DNA of 63,336 nucleotides, filler included, from Octopus bimaculoides (lineage: Eukaryota): assembly GCF_001194135.2 (NCBI RefSeq). It is 5 parts of 5 records of this genome, joined end to end, with 100 filler letters (N's around TTAATTAATTAA, not from the genome) between each part and the next. Parts side by side here need not be neighbours in the genome. Positions count along the whole stretch, not along the records: positions 1 to 12,303 come from NC_068983.1; 4 more parts are not named here. The stretch is one strand, 5' to 3'. Below the pieces are notes generated by a model. It did not search any database. It saw only the letters and a program-made list of their open reading frames with translations, and had not been told where the DNA came from. This document shows, piece by piece, positions 1-11,244 of the stretch; position 1 is the first letter of the stretch, and each line of letters opens with the position of its first letter. The translations under genes were made by a program, and so were the position numbers.

Positions 1-300
1 GAGTGTCTTCTACTATAGCCTCAGGCCGACCAAAGCCTTGTGAGTGGGTTTAGAAGATGGAAACTGAAAGAAGCCCATCGTATATATATACATGTCTGTG
101 TGTGTGTATTATGCGTGTTTATGTGTCCGTCTCCCCAACATCGCTTGACAACCGATGCTGGTGTGTTTATGTCCCCGTAACATAGCAGTTCAGCACAAGG
201 GACAGATAGAACAAGTACTAGGCGTAAAAAGAATAAGTCCTAGGGTCGATTTGCTCGACTAAAGGCGGTGCTCCAGCATGGCCGCAGTCAAATGACAAAC
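1..300 (+). mobile_element. tRNA-derived SINE, family A (5' end outside the window)
   Basis: Matches the many other family-A copies here (ccaaagccttgtgagtgg...aactgaaagaagccc, internal TA/GT microsatellite, ...ggcggtgctccagcatggccgcagtcaaatgac). Confidence 0.85.
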
Positions 301-777
301 AAAAGAATAAAAGAAATAATATATGTATGTATAAATACGTATGTATATGTATATAGATGTGCGTTTATACACTATATATATTTGTATATGCATGTGTGGG
401 CTTTGTATGTTTATGTGTGGATGAACGTTGTAGGCATATATCTCTGCGTCAGTATCGTTTTAAATCTAAACCTTTTTGCTAAGCAATATGAGTTTATATT
501 TAGTGGCCTTTACCTCCCAAGTTACTTAAACTTTCATTTATCTACATGTATTACCAATTCAGATTAGTCATAACGCACTCGCAGTTTTCCAACTGTGTCA
601 TCTTTAAGAATTGAATTAAAATACAGACCATCACAATACACACTCACTCTCTCTCCCTTCCTGCTCTTTCTATTTTCTTCTCCCTCACCTACACACTTCC
701 TACTTTTCCACTCACCTACCTGTCTTAATATATTTATTCTTTTTCACTTATTTTTCCATTGATCTTTACTGCATTTC

Positions 778-820
<43 letters not shown>

Positions 821-1090
821 GGAGCAAATAAATCAGGAGAAAATATTTGCGAAAATATTACTGACTATTATTATCTAGTGTAACAATTAAAAATGATAAC
901 AGAATCAATAACATAGGTAATTGCAAGCCCCAAAAGCATTGAATAGCTGAAAGATTAAAATTAATCAAAGGACATACTAAGTATGCTCTTTGATTAATTT
1001 TATGTATTTCTATTTATGTATGTTTTCATTTACTCATTAACTAGTATACTTTTACTGCCTATCCTGTTTACTACATTGTTCAGTCTTTTC

Positions 1091-1321
1091 CGAGTGAAAT
1101 CATAGTCGTGGCAGATACTGGTGTCACGCCACTGGCACTTGTGCTAGTGGCATGTAAAAGCACCCTTTACACTCTCGGAGTGGTTGGCATTAAGAAGGGC
1201 ATCCAGCCATAGAAACCATGCTAAATCAGACTGGAGTCAGATGCAGCTCCTCAACTTACCAGCCTTAGTCAAACCACCCAACCCATGCCAGCATGGACCA
1301 CGGACGTTAAATGATGACGAG
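1091..1321 (+). mobile_element. Short RTE-type retroposon 3' tail (family C) with 10-bp target-site duplication
   Basis: Contains the ttggcattaagaagggcatccag motif and ends in gatgacga. The sequence cagtcttttc flanks both sides (1081-1090, 1322-1331). Homologous to the RTE 3' UTR at 11245-11850. Confidence 0.8.
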
Positions 1322-1879
1322 CAGTCTTTTCTTTCTACCCCTGCAACCACTTCCTGTTAGTACTAATCCCTTATTCTCATTCTTTCTTACACTACTTTCA
1401 TCATTCACCTGCTTTTGTGCCTTTGAGTTATCTCTCCCCCTGACTACAGCTCAAGTCTACTATACCTTCTTTAACACTTTTTAAATCTATCACCTTTAAC
1501 CCCTTCACATATCTGCCATTAATACCCCCACACCACTTTTGTAACCCCACTTACTATAGCCACCCTATGTATCTCTGACTTCCATCTCTAACACTATGCA
1601 TCTCCTTTTCTTTTCTCCACTCTGGCACCCTGCACCTCATGTCCCTACTTTCTGACCTATCTGCAGCTGTGGCTTACAACCATTTATTGGTTTATTTTAA
1701 ATGGCTTATAAACACCTTCCACGCTGCAATTGTTTAAAATATTTTGTGTACTGTAGAAGTATAACCAAAGCATTTCACATAATTTTTAATGAACAAAATT
1801 CTGCATGTACTGTACATATATATATATATATATATATATAGTAATACATACAATATATATATGCATATATATTTTTTTT

Positions 1880-2025
1880 TCTTGTTTCAGTCATTCGAGT
1901 GTGGCCATACTGGGGCACTGCTTAGATGGTTTTAGTGGAACAAGTCTGTTTTTACCGAACTGCTAAGTTATGGTAGACATAAGCAAATTAACATCAGCTG
2001 TTAAGTGATGATGGGGGTACAAACA
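1880..2025 (-). mobile_element. SINE family A, degenerate 3' half
   Basis: ttgtttcagtcattcgagtgtggccatactggggcactg...gaactgctaagtta resembles the family-A tail. Confidence 0.7.
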
Positions 2026-2034
2026 CAAACATAG

Positions 2035-2071
<37 letters not shown>

Positions 2072-2072
<1 letters not shown>

Positions 2073-2265
2073 GTGCGGGTGGCACATAAAAGCACCCACT
2101 ACACTCTTGAAGTGGTTGGCGTTAGGAAGGGCATCCAGCTGTAGAAACTCTGCCAAATCAGATTGGAGCCTGGTGTAGCCATCCGGTTTCATCAGTCCTC
2201 AGTCAAATCGTCCAACCTATGCTAGCATGGAAAGCGGACGTTAAACGATGATGATGATGATGATG
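2072..2265 (+). mobile_element. RTE-type 3' tail (family C), well preserved
   Basis: gtggttggcgttaggaagggcatccagctgtagaaactctgccaaatcag...gcggacgttaaacg followed by a (GAT)n tail. Confidence 0.85.
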
Positions 2266-2764
2266 AAAATCTTAGATGGACCCCTAGGAGTCATACGGAC
2301 ACCAATTGAGAAGCAGTGATCCACAAATTTATGCTGCTCTTTTCCCTTTTTTGTGCTGTCACTTGTAACCCGCTTCTTGAGTCATTTCTGTCTCTTTCAC
2401 TTTTCTCCCCCTCCGTACTGATACTTATACCAACCACCCCGTTGATCCAATGTCCATATTCTCTTATACTTACCTTCTTATAGCTTGAGAATTCACTCTG
2501 GCAAGCTCATCACCATCGTCTTTAGCTTCTTACCAGTTATTCCAACCCATTCTTATATAATGTGATGGAGCCATATATCTTTTCTATAGCATGATATCTG
2601 TGCATGTCCCTCTATCATACTTTAGCCTTTCAACACCTGGCATAAAGCCATCTCCCACTCCCTTCATACACTCCCACTCAGTTGAGGGGTGTTTTTCTTA
2701 TCTTGCAAGTTACTTGGCAACATCACAGGTGTCAATGTTGCAAAAATATATTTTTTTTTTTTTT

Positions 2765-2925
2765 AAACCACCCAGTACACATTGTTAGGTGGTTGGTGTT
2801 AGGGTATCCAACCACAGAAACCATATTGGAGATTAACACAGTCTTGAAACTCGCTGGATCCTGTTAAACTGTCCAACTCACAGAAGTATGGAAAAGAGAC
2901 ATCAAATGATGATGATGATGATGAT
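2765..2925 (+). mobile_element. Family C tail, degenerate
   Basis: ggtggttggtgttagggtatccaaccacagaaacc...gtatggaaaagagacatcaaat followed by (GAT)n. Confidence 0.6.
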
Positions 2926-2939
2926 GTGTGTGTGCATCA

Positions 2940-3060
2940 TCATTATTTAACACCTATTTTTCTATGCCTGCATGAATCAGACAGAATTTATTGAAATAGA
3001 TTTTCTCCCACTAGATGCCCTTCCTGTAAACAACCCTCACCTGTTTTCAAATAAAGTAAT
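2940..3060 (-). mobile_element. Family C-like tail, degenerate, tail-to-tail with the previous copy
   Basis: catcattatttaacacctatttttctatgc...ctagatgcccttcctgtaaacaaccctc. Confidence 0.55.
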
Positions 3061-3233
3061 ATTTTCCCATACACACACACGTATGTTTGCACATACGCAG
3101 GCTGACACCTTTGTAACCTCACTCACTATAGCCACCCTTCGTATCTCTAACCTCCATCTCTGACACTATGCATCTCCTTTTCCCCACTCTGGTACCCTGC
3201 ACCTCATCCCCCTACTTTCTGATCTAGCTGCAG

Positions 3234-3330
3234 CAGTGGCTCACAACCATTGTTTTGGCTATGGACCCCTTTGATTCCTATTTTACTAGTGTGGACCCTC
3301 ATAGCCATTTAATGTTTTAAAATCGGACAG
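3234..3330 (+). mobile_element. hAT MITE left end
   Basis: cagtggctcacaacc...ggaccccttgattcctattttactagtgtggaccctcatagcc; homologous to the reverse complement of 13290-13333. Confidence 0.55.
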
Positions 3331-4084
3331 ATATTAATGTTTAAAATGTCAGAATGTTGCTTGCTGATCATAATTATCTGGATGTAAGCACAGTGATAGT
3401 AGACCCCACTAGAGAATGGGGCTCTGTCTGCAAAGATTTCATTAACTGCAGCTGCTGTCACTTCCCTTCTATTCTGGAGTGGTGGTGAAAGAACTAATAA
3501 CACCCTTTTTTATAACATATGACACAAGCTTACAAGAAGACACAAAACTAACCATTATGATTTAACAAATCACAATTTCAGTGATGCTATTACTTTAAGT
3601 AGTGAATCAGACTACCTTGTGGTGTCTGCTTACAGCTTCATGGACTATGCCTTTGCAATACAAATACAAACTAGATCTAAAGATAGCAATTCTATTGATT
3701 GGTAAAATCTAAGCAATTCAATTCGCCTGCTTGCCTCCTACTACTACAACGTACCTTGTCCACTTCTTTTATCACAATTACAATTACAATTAATACTGTA
3801 ATGTTACTAGTTTTTAATAGTTACAAGACCAAACATCTTGGGAGAGAGAGAGAGAGAGAAAGCAGTCACCTAAATTTATCCTTGATTCAAAGGTCTGCCT
3901 CTGCAACTTCTGAAGAATTTTTCTACTTTCGCCACAGATTTTTCTTTTCAAATCTCAAGTTCACCAACAGACACTGTCTCTTCACTAATTTCTTTCCTAA
4001 ACTGTTTGCTCCCCCGCCAGTGCTTAGTTTATCAGCTACAAATGGCTGAAAGCAAATACTGCAAGGCATCACTCTAACAATGTT

Positions 4085-4435
4085 GCCGTGGCCATGCTGG
4101 AGCACTTCTTTGAAGAGCTTTTAGTCAAATGAATTGAGCCCCAGTACTTACTGTTTTTTTTATAAATCATGGTATTTATTGTATTGGTTTCTTTCGCTGA
4201 ACCACTAAGTTATAGGAACATGAACACACCAAGATTGGTTGTCATGTGGTGGTGGGAGACACAGACACAAAGACACACATAGATATAAATACAACGGGCT
4301 TCTTTCAGTTTCTGTCTATCAAATCCACTCACAAGGCTTTAGTAGAAGACACTTGCCCAAATTGTCACACAGTGGGACTGAACCCGGAAATATGTGGTTG
4401 GGAAGCAAACTTCTTACCATACAGCCACAGCCACA
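4085..4435 (-). mobile_element. SINE family A, near full length
   Basis: The reverse complement gives a tRNA-like head (tggctgtatggtaag A box; ggttcagtccc B box), body, short internal microsatellite and tail. Confidence 0.85.
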
Positions 4436-5055
4436 ACACAAAAATTTAAAGAAAATTCATGCTTTAATGTCATTTCTTTAATGTACTTCCACCTATTTCC
4501 ACTCAAAATTTCAAATGTTTTCTACAAGGTCAATACTTCTATTATCCATAAATATCAATTAATTTATACTCAATCTTCTAAACACAATGGCCTTTACTTA
4601 AATGATATACCAGCGAGCATTATTTTATACAAAGAAATGATAAACCAACTTCACAATTTGATACCGACGTCTGATTGTGACCATCTGCATGTATTCCACT
4701 AAGGGATTCAGGGAAAAGCATGAGGGACTTACCTTACCACAGGTAAGAAATCAACATTATACAAACATGACACTAAAGCTACACGAAGGAAAAGAACATG
4801 GAGAAATTGATAACAGAAGTGTATCTTCATTCAATGTATTATTGCTATAGTCGTGTAGTTTGTACCACAATGGTGGAGACAAGACTACAATGATTTTAAA
4901 ATAATTGAACTGAAAGAAAAAAATCAGTTTTTGGCAGCTTTCATCAAATTTGAGGCATAATAAATATAGGCACATACACACAAACATTATCCACGTAGAC
5001 ACCAATTTCTCCAGAATGTTGTTATATTTCACCTTCACTGATAGCAATCCATTGT

Positions 5056-5061
5056 TTTATT
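5056..5061 (-). promoter_or_regulatory. Candidate HMGCL polyadenylation signal (AATAAA)
   Basis: First minus-strand AATAAA I found after the stop, about 640 nt downstream. Use is not demonstrated. Confidence 0.3.
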
Positions 5062-5703
5062 AGTAGTCTTATGTAATAATTTAGGTGTTTTAAGTAGTAT
5101 TACTGTTGTTGTTGCAGCTTTAAGACACTGATGCAACATGCTAAAAGTTATTTTTACAAATCTACAATTTGGTAATAACTGAATAGGTACAACATCAATA
5201 TTTTCAACAGACTAAATCAAATCTATAGACATAGAAGGGCTAAAAGCTAAAATTGATTCTCAGAATGCTGAGATACAAGATTAAATATTGTAAGTCATCT
5301 GAGTAAAGCAATCTCCCTTTTCTGCCAACTCACTGTCTTGTAGTCAGTAAATAAAAACAGCACATGATTGCAGTCTGGTAACTGATACAGTTCTTACAAA
5401 TTTTCACACAATAGCTGCAATATAGTAGCAACTATAGATTAGATCACACTGATTCACCATACCAAGAAAAAAGAAACATTGAAATTTGTACGAGGAAATG
5501 ATTGTAGATACTGTCTAACCAGTTTGAATCATTACTACAATTATATACAGCAGTCAAATGTTGTTTGTTTTAGAGCAATAGAATAAAAGCATGTTACAGT
5601 AATAGTACAACTAAAAAGAAAAAAAAAAAACCCATCTCTGCACCACCTAAAAAATTTCAAAGCTATCAGTTGATGTTTAACAATTGCTGAAGTAATTCAG
5701 CTT

Positions 5704-5805
5704 CTAGAGATGTGCTAATGCTTGATTTACTCGAGATCGTGTAGACCGCCCTATCGCTTGGCTGATAAACTGGCCCGCTTCAATCAGTTTTGGTAAGTCA
5801 ATTCC
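5704..5805 (-). CDS. HMGCL: HMG-CoA lyase, last coding exon (GIDLPKLIEAGQFISQAIGRSTRSRVNQALAHL*)
   Basis: Phase-0 acceptor tttcttgcag|GGA. Similar to the human C-terminus as I recall it ([33 protein letters not shown]). In frame with exon 10422-10547. Confidence 0.93.
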   Translation of the reverse strand, partial: GIDLPKLIEAGQFISQAIGRSTRSRVNQALAHL

Positions 5806-5934
5806 CTGCAAGAAATAAAAGAATGACATTATATTTAGTGGCTGACAAATGAAATACACATTTAAGACATTAGAAACAGTAAGGAAATAAAAGTATAAAT
5901 AATAGAGATACTTTGACAAGAGGCACTTTGTAGG

Positions 5935-6060
5935 CATCATCATCATCATTTAACATCTATTTTCCATGCTGGCATGGGTTGGACAGTTTCACAGGAACTG
6001 ACACCAATCTCTGCTGCCTGCTTTGGCATGGTTTCTACAGCTAGATGCCCTTCCTAATGC
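5935..6060 (-). mobile_element. Family C tail in the last HMGCL intron
   Basis: (CAT)n, tttaacatctattttccatgctggcatgggttggac...gtttctacagctagatgcccttcctaatgc. Confidence 0.75.
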
Positions 6061-6499
6061 TAAATGAAAACAAATCTAATTTCTATTTATACAAATAATG
6101 AATTTCATTCATAACATTAGTTTGGTGCAACAGTTGTTATCAAGTTTACTGTAACAGCTAACTGTTGTAAAGTTTATTGTTACAGCTGACTACAATCTGA
6201 TTTCCTATCACAGATGATAGTTAGAAGGTTTAACATTACAGGTGACTGATAACCTATTTACTGTTGAACCCTAAGGGCTTGCTCTACCATCACTACCATC
6301 TTTTCTTCATAAGAAGAAAAACAGTAACTCCCACCCACCCTTATTTAATTCAGGGTGGTCACATATTTTTTTTTAAAGCAAAATACCTGCGCTAGTCCCT
6401 CTCAGCACTTAACATAAAGCCACCTCCCACTCTCAAATACTCACTCAATTTAGTTGAAGGGGCTTTTTCCTTCTTGTTTTCCTGTTCTTTTCCTCTCTT

Positions 6500-6712
6500 A
6501 CAACTTGGTGGCCAATGCGCTAGTGGCACAATGCACTAGTGGCACAAAAGAAGCACTAAGTACACACTGTAAAATAGTTGGCATTAGGAAGGGCATTCAA
6601 CCACAGAAACTATATCAAAGCTGACACTGGAACTCGACACAATCCTGCAGCCCACTGGATACAGTCAAATTGTCTGTCCTATGACAGCATGGAAAACAGA
6701 TGTTAAATAACA
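6500..6712 (+). mobile_element. Family C tail in the last HMGCL intron
   Basis: gtggcacaaaagaagcac...gttggcattaggaagggcattcaaccacagaaac...gcatggaaaacagatgttaaat. Confidence 0.75.
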
Positions 6713-7210
6713 ATGACTTGAAAGGTATGCTATTTAATGTTACAGTTAACTGCTATGAAATTTACTATCACTATTTTAATGAAATAAATGATTTGCCTGT
6801 AGATTTGCACTTTTGAGAGTTTTCAAAAACTTATATTGAATGCATTTGCCCTACAATTCAAATGTTCAAATGATAAAAACTTCTTTCCATACAGTATGTA
6901 TGTAAATAGATGTGTGAGTGACGGCACTCTTTCTATATCATATGTTGAGAGATTATCAGAGACAGGAGAGAGAAAGTACATATTTGAGACTCTTTTACTA
7001 TCAGGTTGACTGACAATAAGGTAGGTGATACTGTGACAAACTCTGCTTATCTATGAAAAACCACTGCTTTTAACAAGTTCAATCCCACTCCAACTGAAGC
7101 ATTCTCAAAGAAACAAATGCAGCAAAAATAGCATTTCTGATAGGCTGAAAAGAGCTGCAAAAATATAGGCATGTGAAATTTTGTACTGAGTTGACTACCA
7201 CATTTACATA

Positions 7211-7992
7211 CGAGGTTTGATCGATAAGTATCCGGACTGTTGCCATAGTAACGAAGCTAAAACACACAGAGGAAAGCCACTTGGCAATGATTGACTTTGA
7301 ACTCTGCTATGCATGTGCACTAAGTTTTAACATTCTAGCTCACTTCTGCGGTTTACAGCAGTGCTTGGAAGGAAGGTGTGTAGCATGTGATTATGAGTGG
7401 TTCTGACGTTTCCAAGGTGGCCAAAGGAATGTCAATATTGACAAACGTCCTGGGAGTCCTGCAACCAGTAGAACTAAGAAAAATATCGCAAATGTGTGTG
7501 CAACTGTGAAATCGTCAAATCACCATCTGTGAGTTATCAGAGGATGTGCAGATTAGTTACAGTTCAGTTCAGTTCATTATCACTGAAGATTTGGGTATGA
7601 AACACATGTCTGCCGAGTTTGTGCCAAAACTGCTTTCAGCTGACTAAAAAGACACTCGGGTTTCAGTTGCACAAGATCTCCTTGATTGTGTCGAGAACAA
7701 TGAAAACGTTTTGAAAACTTTGCATAGGCCTTTGAGCAGGTATCACCAAGCTTTTGGCAAAATTTGATGCAGATTCTCTGCTAAACTTTCTCGGTCATGG
7801 TCAATGCAATGATCGCATGCTACACACCTTCCTTCCAAGTACTGCTGTAAACAGTGGATGAGAGCTAGAACGTTAAAACTTAGTGCGCATGCACAGCAGA
7901 GTTCAAGGTGAATCTGTGTGAAACAGCTTCACTCCGTATGCTTTAGCTTTGTTACTATGGCAACAATCCGGATACTTATTGATCAGACCATG
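7211..7992 (+). mobile_element. Non-autonomous mariner (long-TIR MITE)
   Basis: TA at both ends (7209-7210, 7993-7994). About 180-bp inverted repeats (7211-7392 / 7811-7992). The interior encodes a broken transposase HTH region (ELSEDVQISYSSVQFIITEDLGMKHMSAEFVPKLL, a WVPHEL-like motif). Confidence 0.88.
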
Positions 7993-9544
7993 TAAATGTA
8001 ATCAAGTGACCAATGAAATTCAACGTAACTATTTGAGTCAATATATCAACAAAATCAATCAAAAGAGCTGTCAAATTGTATAGTGAAATAGCCATCACTG
8101 ATTGGGTGAAACCAAAGCCAGAGGCATGACATCAAAATTGTTTACCTACATTTAGATCACTGGTACAATGATGCTGCTTATGAAGGAAACTACAATGCTA
8201 CACAGATGACTGATATGAAGATTAGTATTATTATTCTGAAAACATGTATCATATCGATGATGCTGGTAGCAATAGACTAATATTAGCAGTAACAGGTAAT
8301 TTATTTTCAATGAAGATCTACTATAATAAGCATACAATAAAAGCATGATACTACATGATGTCAAAACAAATATTGAATACAGAGAATATGCAAAAACTGG
8401 AGAGAAATTAAATGAGTACAAGCCATTGGATGTGTTCTTTTAACTTGCACAAAAGTTTGTTCAATATCTTAAAGTGAGTGAAAGGCAACTTGTCTCTAGG
8501 ATATAAAGATTGATTTTTCCAGAGAATTTAGTACCTATTCCCATCAATGATGCAAACTAAGGAATATAAAATGTTCTGCTGACAGATTTATCAAAATCAA
8601 ACACTGGATTTGAACAAGACCTTCTAAGTTTGTGATTTCAATGACATATGATAAGTATTATTTAATATGGCAACCAGTCCTATGTTTCAGACTTTGTTAT
8701 TTTGTTGAATAAAGCTTTTAGTCTAAGCCCTATTCTAATTTTACAACAATTTATACAAATTAATAGCAGAAAATGGTAAAATAATTGAAACATGATTGAT
8801 TTCATGGAAATTTGCCTGTAACAGAATCAGAATAATGGCATTAGAAGAGAGCAATCAATAATTTCCTCTCCACACTCCCCAATACAGATGCACATAGACT
8901 ACAAATTATGATAAACTGTATTACTTCACAAGTTTATTATCATTTTGCACACTTGCCACTGTAAAGGCTATGATGAATCAATGAACCAAACTGAAGTCAC
9001 TTTGGTAAAGCCTTGCAATCATTAACCTTTTCCATGAGGAAACAAGAACAAAATGAGTCTAAGATCAATATGTAGCAATTCAGCAACTTCTTGCCTATCA
9101 TAACGGGTGAGGTAATTTAGTAACTTGAAAGGTAATTACAGAATAGTAGCAGTAACATCACAACAATGTGTGAACAGTAGATCACTTGTTACAACAGCTG
9201 GGGTATTGTCACAGCAGTTAAAATCACATCACAACAGATAAAGCAGTGTCACAAGAGCAGCAGTTTTGTCACAAGAGTAGCAATAACACCACAAGAGTAT
9301 TGGTAATGTCTAAATGGAATGAGAGTAAATTCTTCCTAGTCAAATATTTCTTAAAAAGACTCTCTCAAGCTTTATTCATGAAACTTCAAAATAATGAAAA
9401 CTTGAAGAAACAATTTGAAAATATATACAAAAACAAAATAGTTTTAAGAATAGAGTGTTGGCTTTCAGGTTAAATGATGATGATGATGATATATGCTCCC
9501 TAAAAAAATGTCCATTTTTACATTTGACATATAGAAGTATATTC

Positions 9545-9935
9545 TTTATTCTTTTACTCGTTCCAGTCATTTGGCTTTGGCCATGCTGGAACACCACCTT
9601 GAGTCGAGCAAATCGACCCTAGGACTTATTCTTTGTAAGCCTAGTACTTATTCTATCGGTCTCTTTTGCTGAACCATTAAGTTACAGGGACGTAAACACA
9701 CCAGCATCGGTTGTCAAGTGATGTTGGAGATACAAACACAGACACACAAACATATACACATACATACATATATATATACAACAGGTTTCTTTCAGTTTCC
9801 GTCTACCAAATCCACTCACAAAGCTTTGGTTGGCCTGAGGCTATAATTGAAGACATTTTCCCAAGGTGTCATGCAGTGGGACTGAACCTGGAACCATGAG
9901 GTCGGTAAGTAAGCTACTTACCACAAAACCACTCC
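9545..9935 (-). mobile_element. SINE family A, full length
   Basis: Tail, internal CA/TA microsatellite, body and tRNA-like head are all present. Confidence 0.88.
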
Positions 9936-9954
9936 ATTTTTATGATATAATCAC

Positions 9955-10100
9955 CATCATCATCATTCATTAAACATCCACTATCCCATGCTTGCATGGG
10001 TCCAATGGAATTTGCTGAGGCAGATTTTCTACAGCTGGAAGCCCTTCTTGTCATCAAACCTCGCCTATTTCCAAGCAAAATAATATTTCCCCATGTTTTT
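9955..10100 (-). mobile_element. Family C-like tail
   Basis: (CAT)n, taaacatccactatcccatgcttgcatggg...ttttctacagctggaagcccttc. Confidence 0.6.
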
Positions 10101-10194
10101 CAGAGAACACTGAAAACAACCCTGCTCAACTCTACAATCATCACATACTTATACAAGAATATGCACAAACATATACACACACACATACATACAT

Positions 10195-10350
10195 ATAACA
10201 GGCTTCTTTCAGTTTCCATCTACCAAATCCACTCACAAAGTTTTTGTGGGCTCAAGACTATAGTAGAAGAGATTTGTTCAAGGTGCCATGCAGTGGGAGT
10301 GAACTCGAGACAATATAGCTGGAAGCAAGCTTCTTAACCACACAGCCACA
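10195..10350 (-). mobile_element. SINE family A, 5' half
   Basis: ggcttctttcagtttccatctaccaaatccactcacaaag...aaggtgccatgcagtggga...aaccacacagccac. Confidence 0.8.
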
Positions 10351-10421
10351 TCTGCACCTCAAAATAACTGCCAATTTTTGCTTTTATTGGATTACCAATT
10401 AAGTACAACTTAATTACTTAC

Positions 10422-10547
10422 TGTTTTGATTGCTAAACCATGAAGCATATAAACCACATCTTCTGTTGCAACATTACCACTGGCCCCACGAGCATATGGA
10501 CAACCACCTAGACCAGATACTGAACTGTCTACAACACTGACTCCCAT
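10422..10547 (-). CDS. HMGCL: HMG-CoA lyase, penultimate coding exon ([42 protein letters not shown])
   Basis: Missing from the ORF track (42 aa). Contains the HMG-CoA lyase signature GLGGCPY (catalytic Cys) and GNVATED. Acceptor ttccttttcag|ATG, donor ACA|gtaagt, 126 nt, phase 0-0. Confidence 0.96.
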
Positions 10548-10606
10548 CTGAAAAGGAAAATTAGTAAATATAATAAATGAATATTTTTTGTAGAATGAAT
10601 ATACAT

Positions 10607-10682
<76 letters not shown>

Positions 10683-11244
10683 TTGAAGAAAAGCAACAAA
10701 AATTCAATAGGTTATAGCAGTATGTACGTTTCGTACAAACTTCATTTATTTATGTAGTGAGAACACCACATAAGATGTGTAATGAAAATGTACTCCTCAG
10801 CTGCATAATGGAATTTCATTTTAGAAAGTCACACATCTACAAATTATATTTTGTAGATGTGTGCAAAAACAAGAGTAGGAGAAGAAGAAAATACCATCTT
10901 GACTGGGCTGTTAATCAACAGTCTAGTGAATCAAACAAGAATTTAATTTCTATATATTCTAATTGGAGGGGTAAGATAGCAGTAATTTCAATTTAGAGGA
11001 AGGTAGATTAAGTAGTAATGGACAGCAGGTTAGGGGTAAATCAAGCAAGAGAAAAAAAAAAGAGATAAGAAAAAAGGAAAAAAAATATATAGAAATAAAA
11101 ATGAAAATGGAAGGACAATACCCTAAGGAGTGGCAAGAGGAAATTTAAGGTAAGGGAATTTAGGTCAAGATATTGGAAAATTATTAAGAATATATCTATT
11201 CGTCAGTATATTTAGAATAATACAACAAAACACTAAAGTACTAA

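Larger units (their letters stand above)
1667..2318 (+). mobile_element. hAT-type MITE interrupted by nested retroposons
   Basis: Degenerate CAGTGGTTCTCAACC-type ends (ctgtggcttacaacc / aattgagaagcagtg). The 8-bp flanks atctgcag / atccacaa differ only by transitions. Internal segments match the MITE copy at 13131-13333. Confidence 0.6.

Noticed and set aside
3309-3700. Protein-like short frames (VLSPPLQNRREVTAAAVNEIFAD; SESDYLVVSAYSFMDY; SSLYLYCKGIVHEAVSRHHK)
   Set aside because: Weak or conflicting splice sites on both strands, no recognisable homology, and no consistent gene model.
8156-8280. Plus-strand frame HWYNDAAYEGNYNATQMTDMKISIII... inside the HMGCL intron
   Set aside because: An isolated short frame with no upstream exon; could arise by chance.
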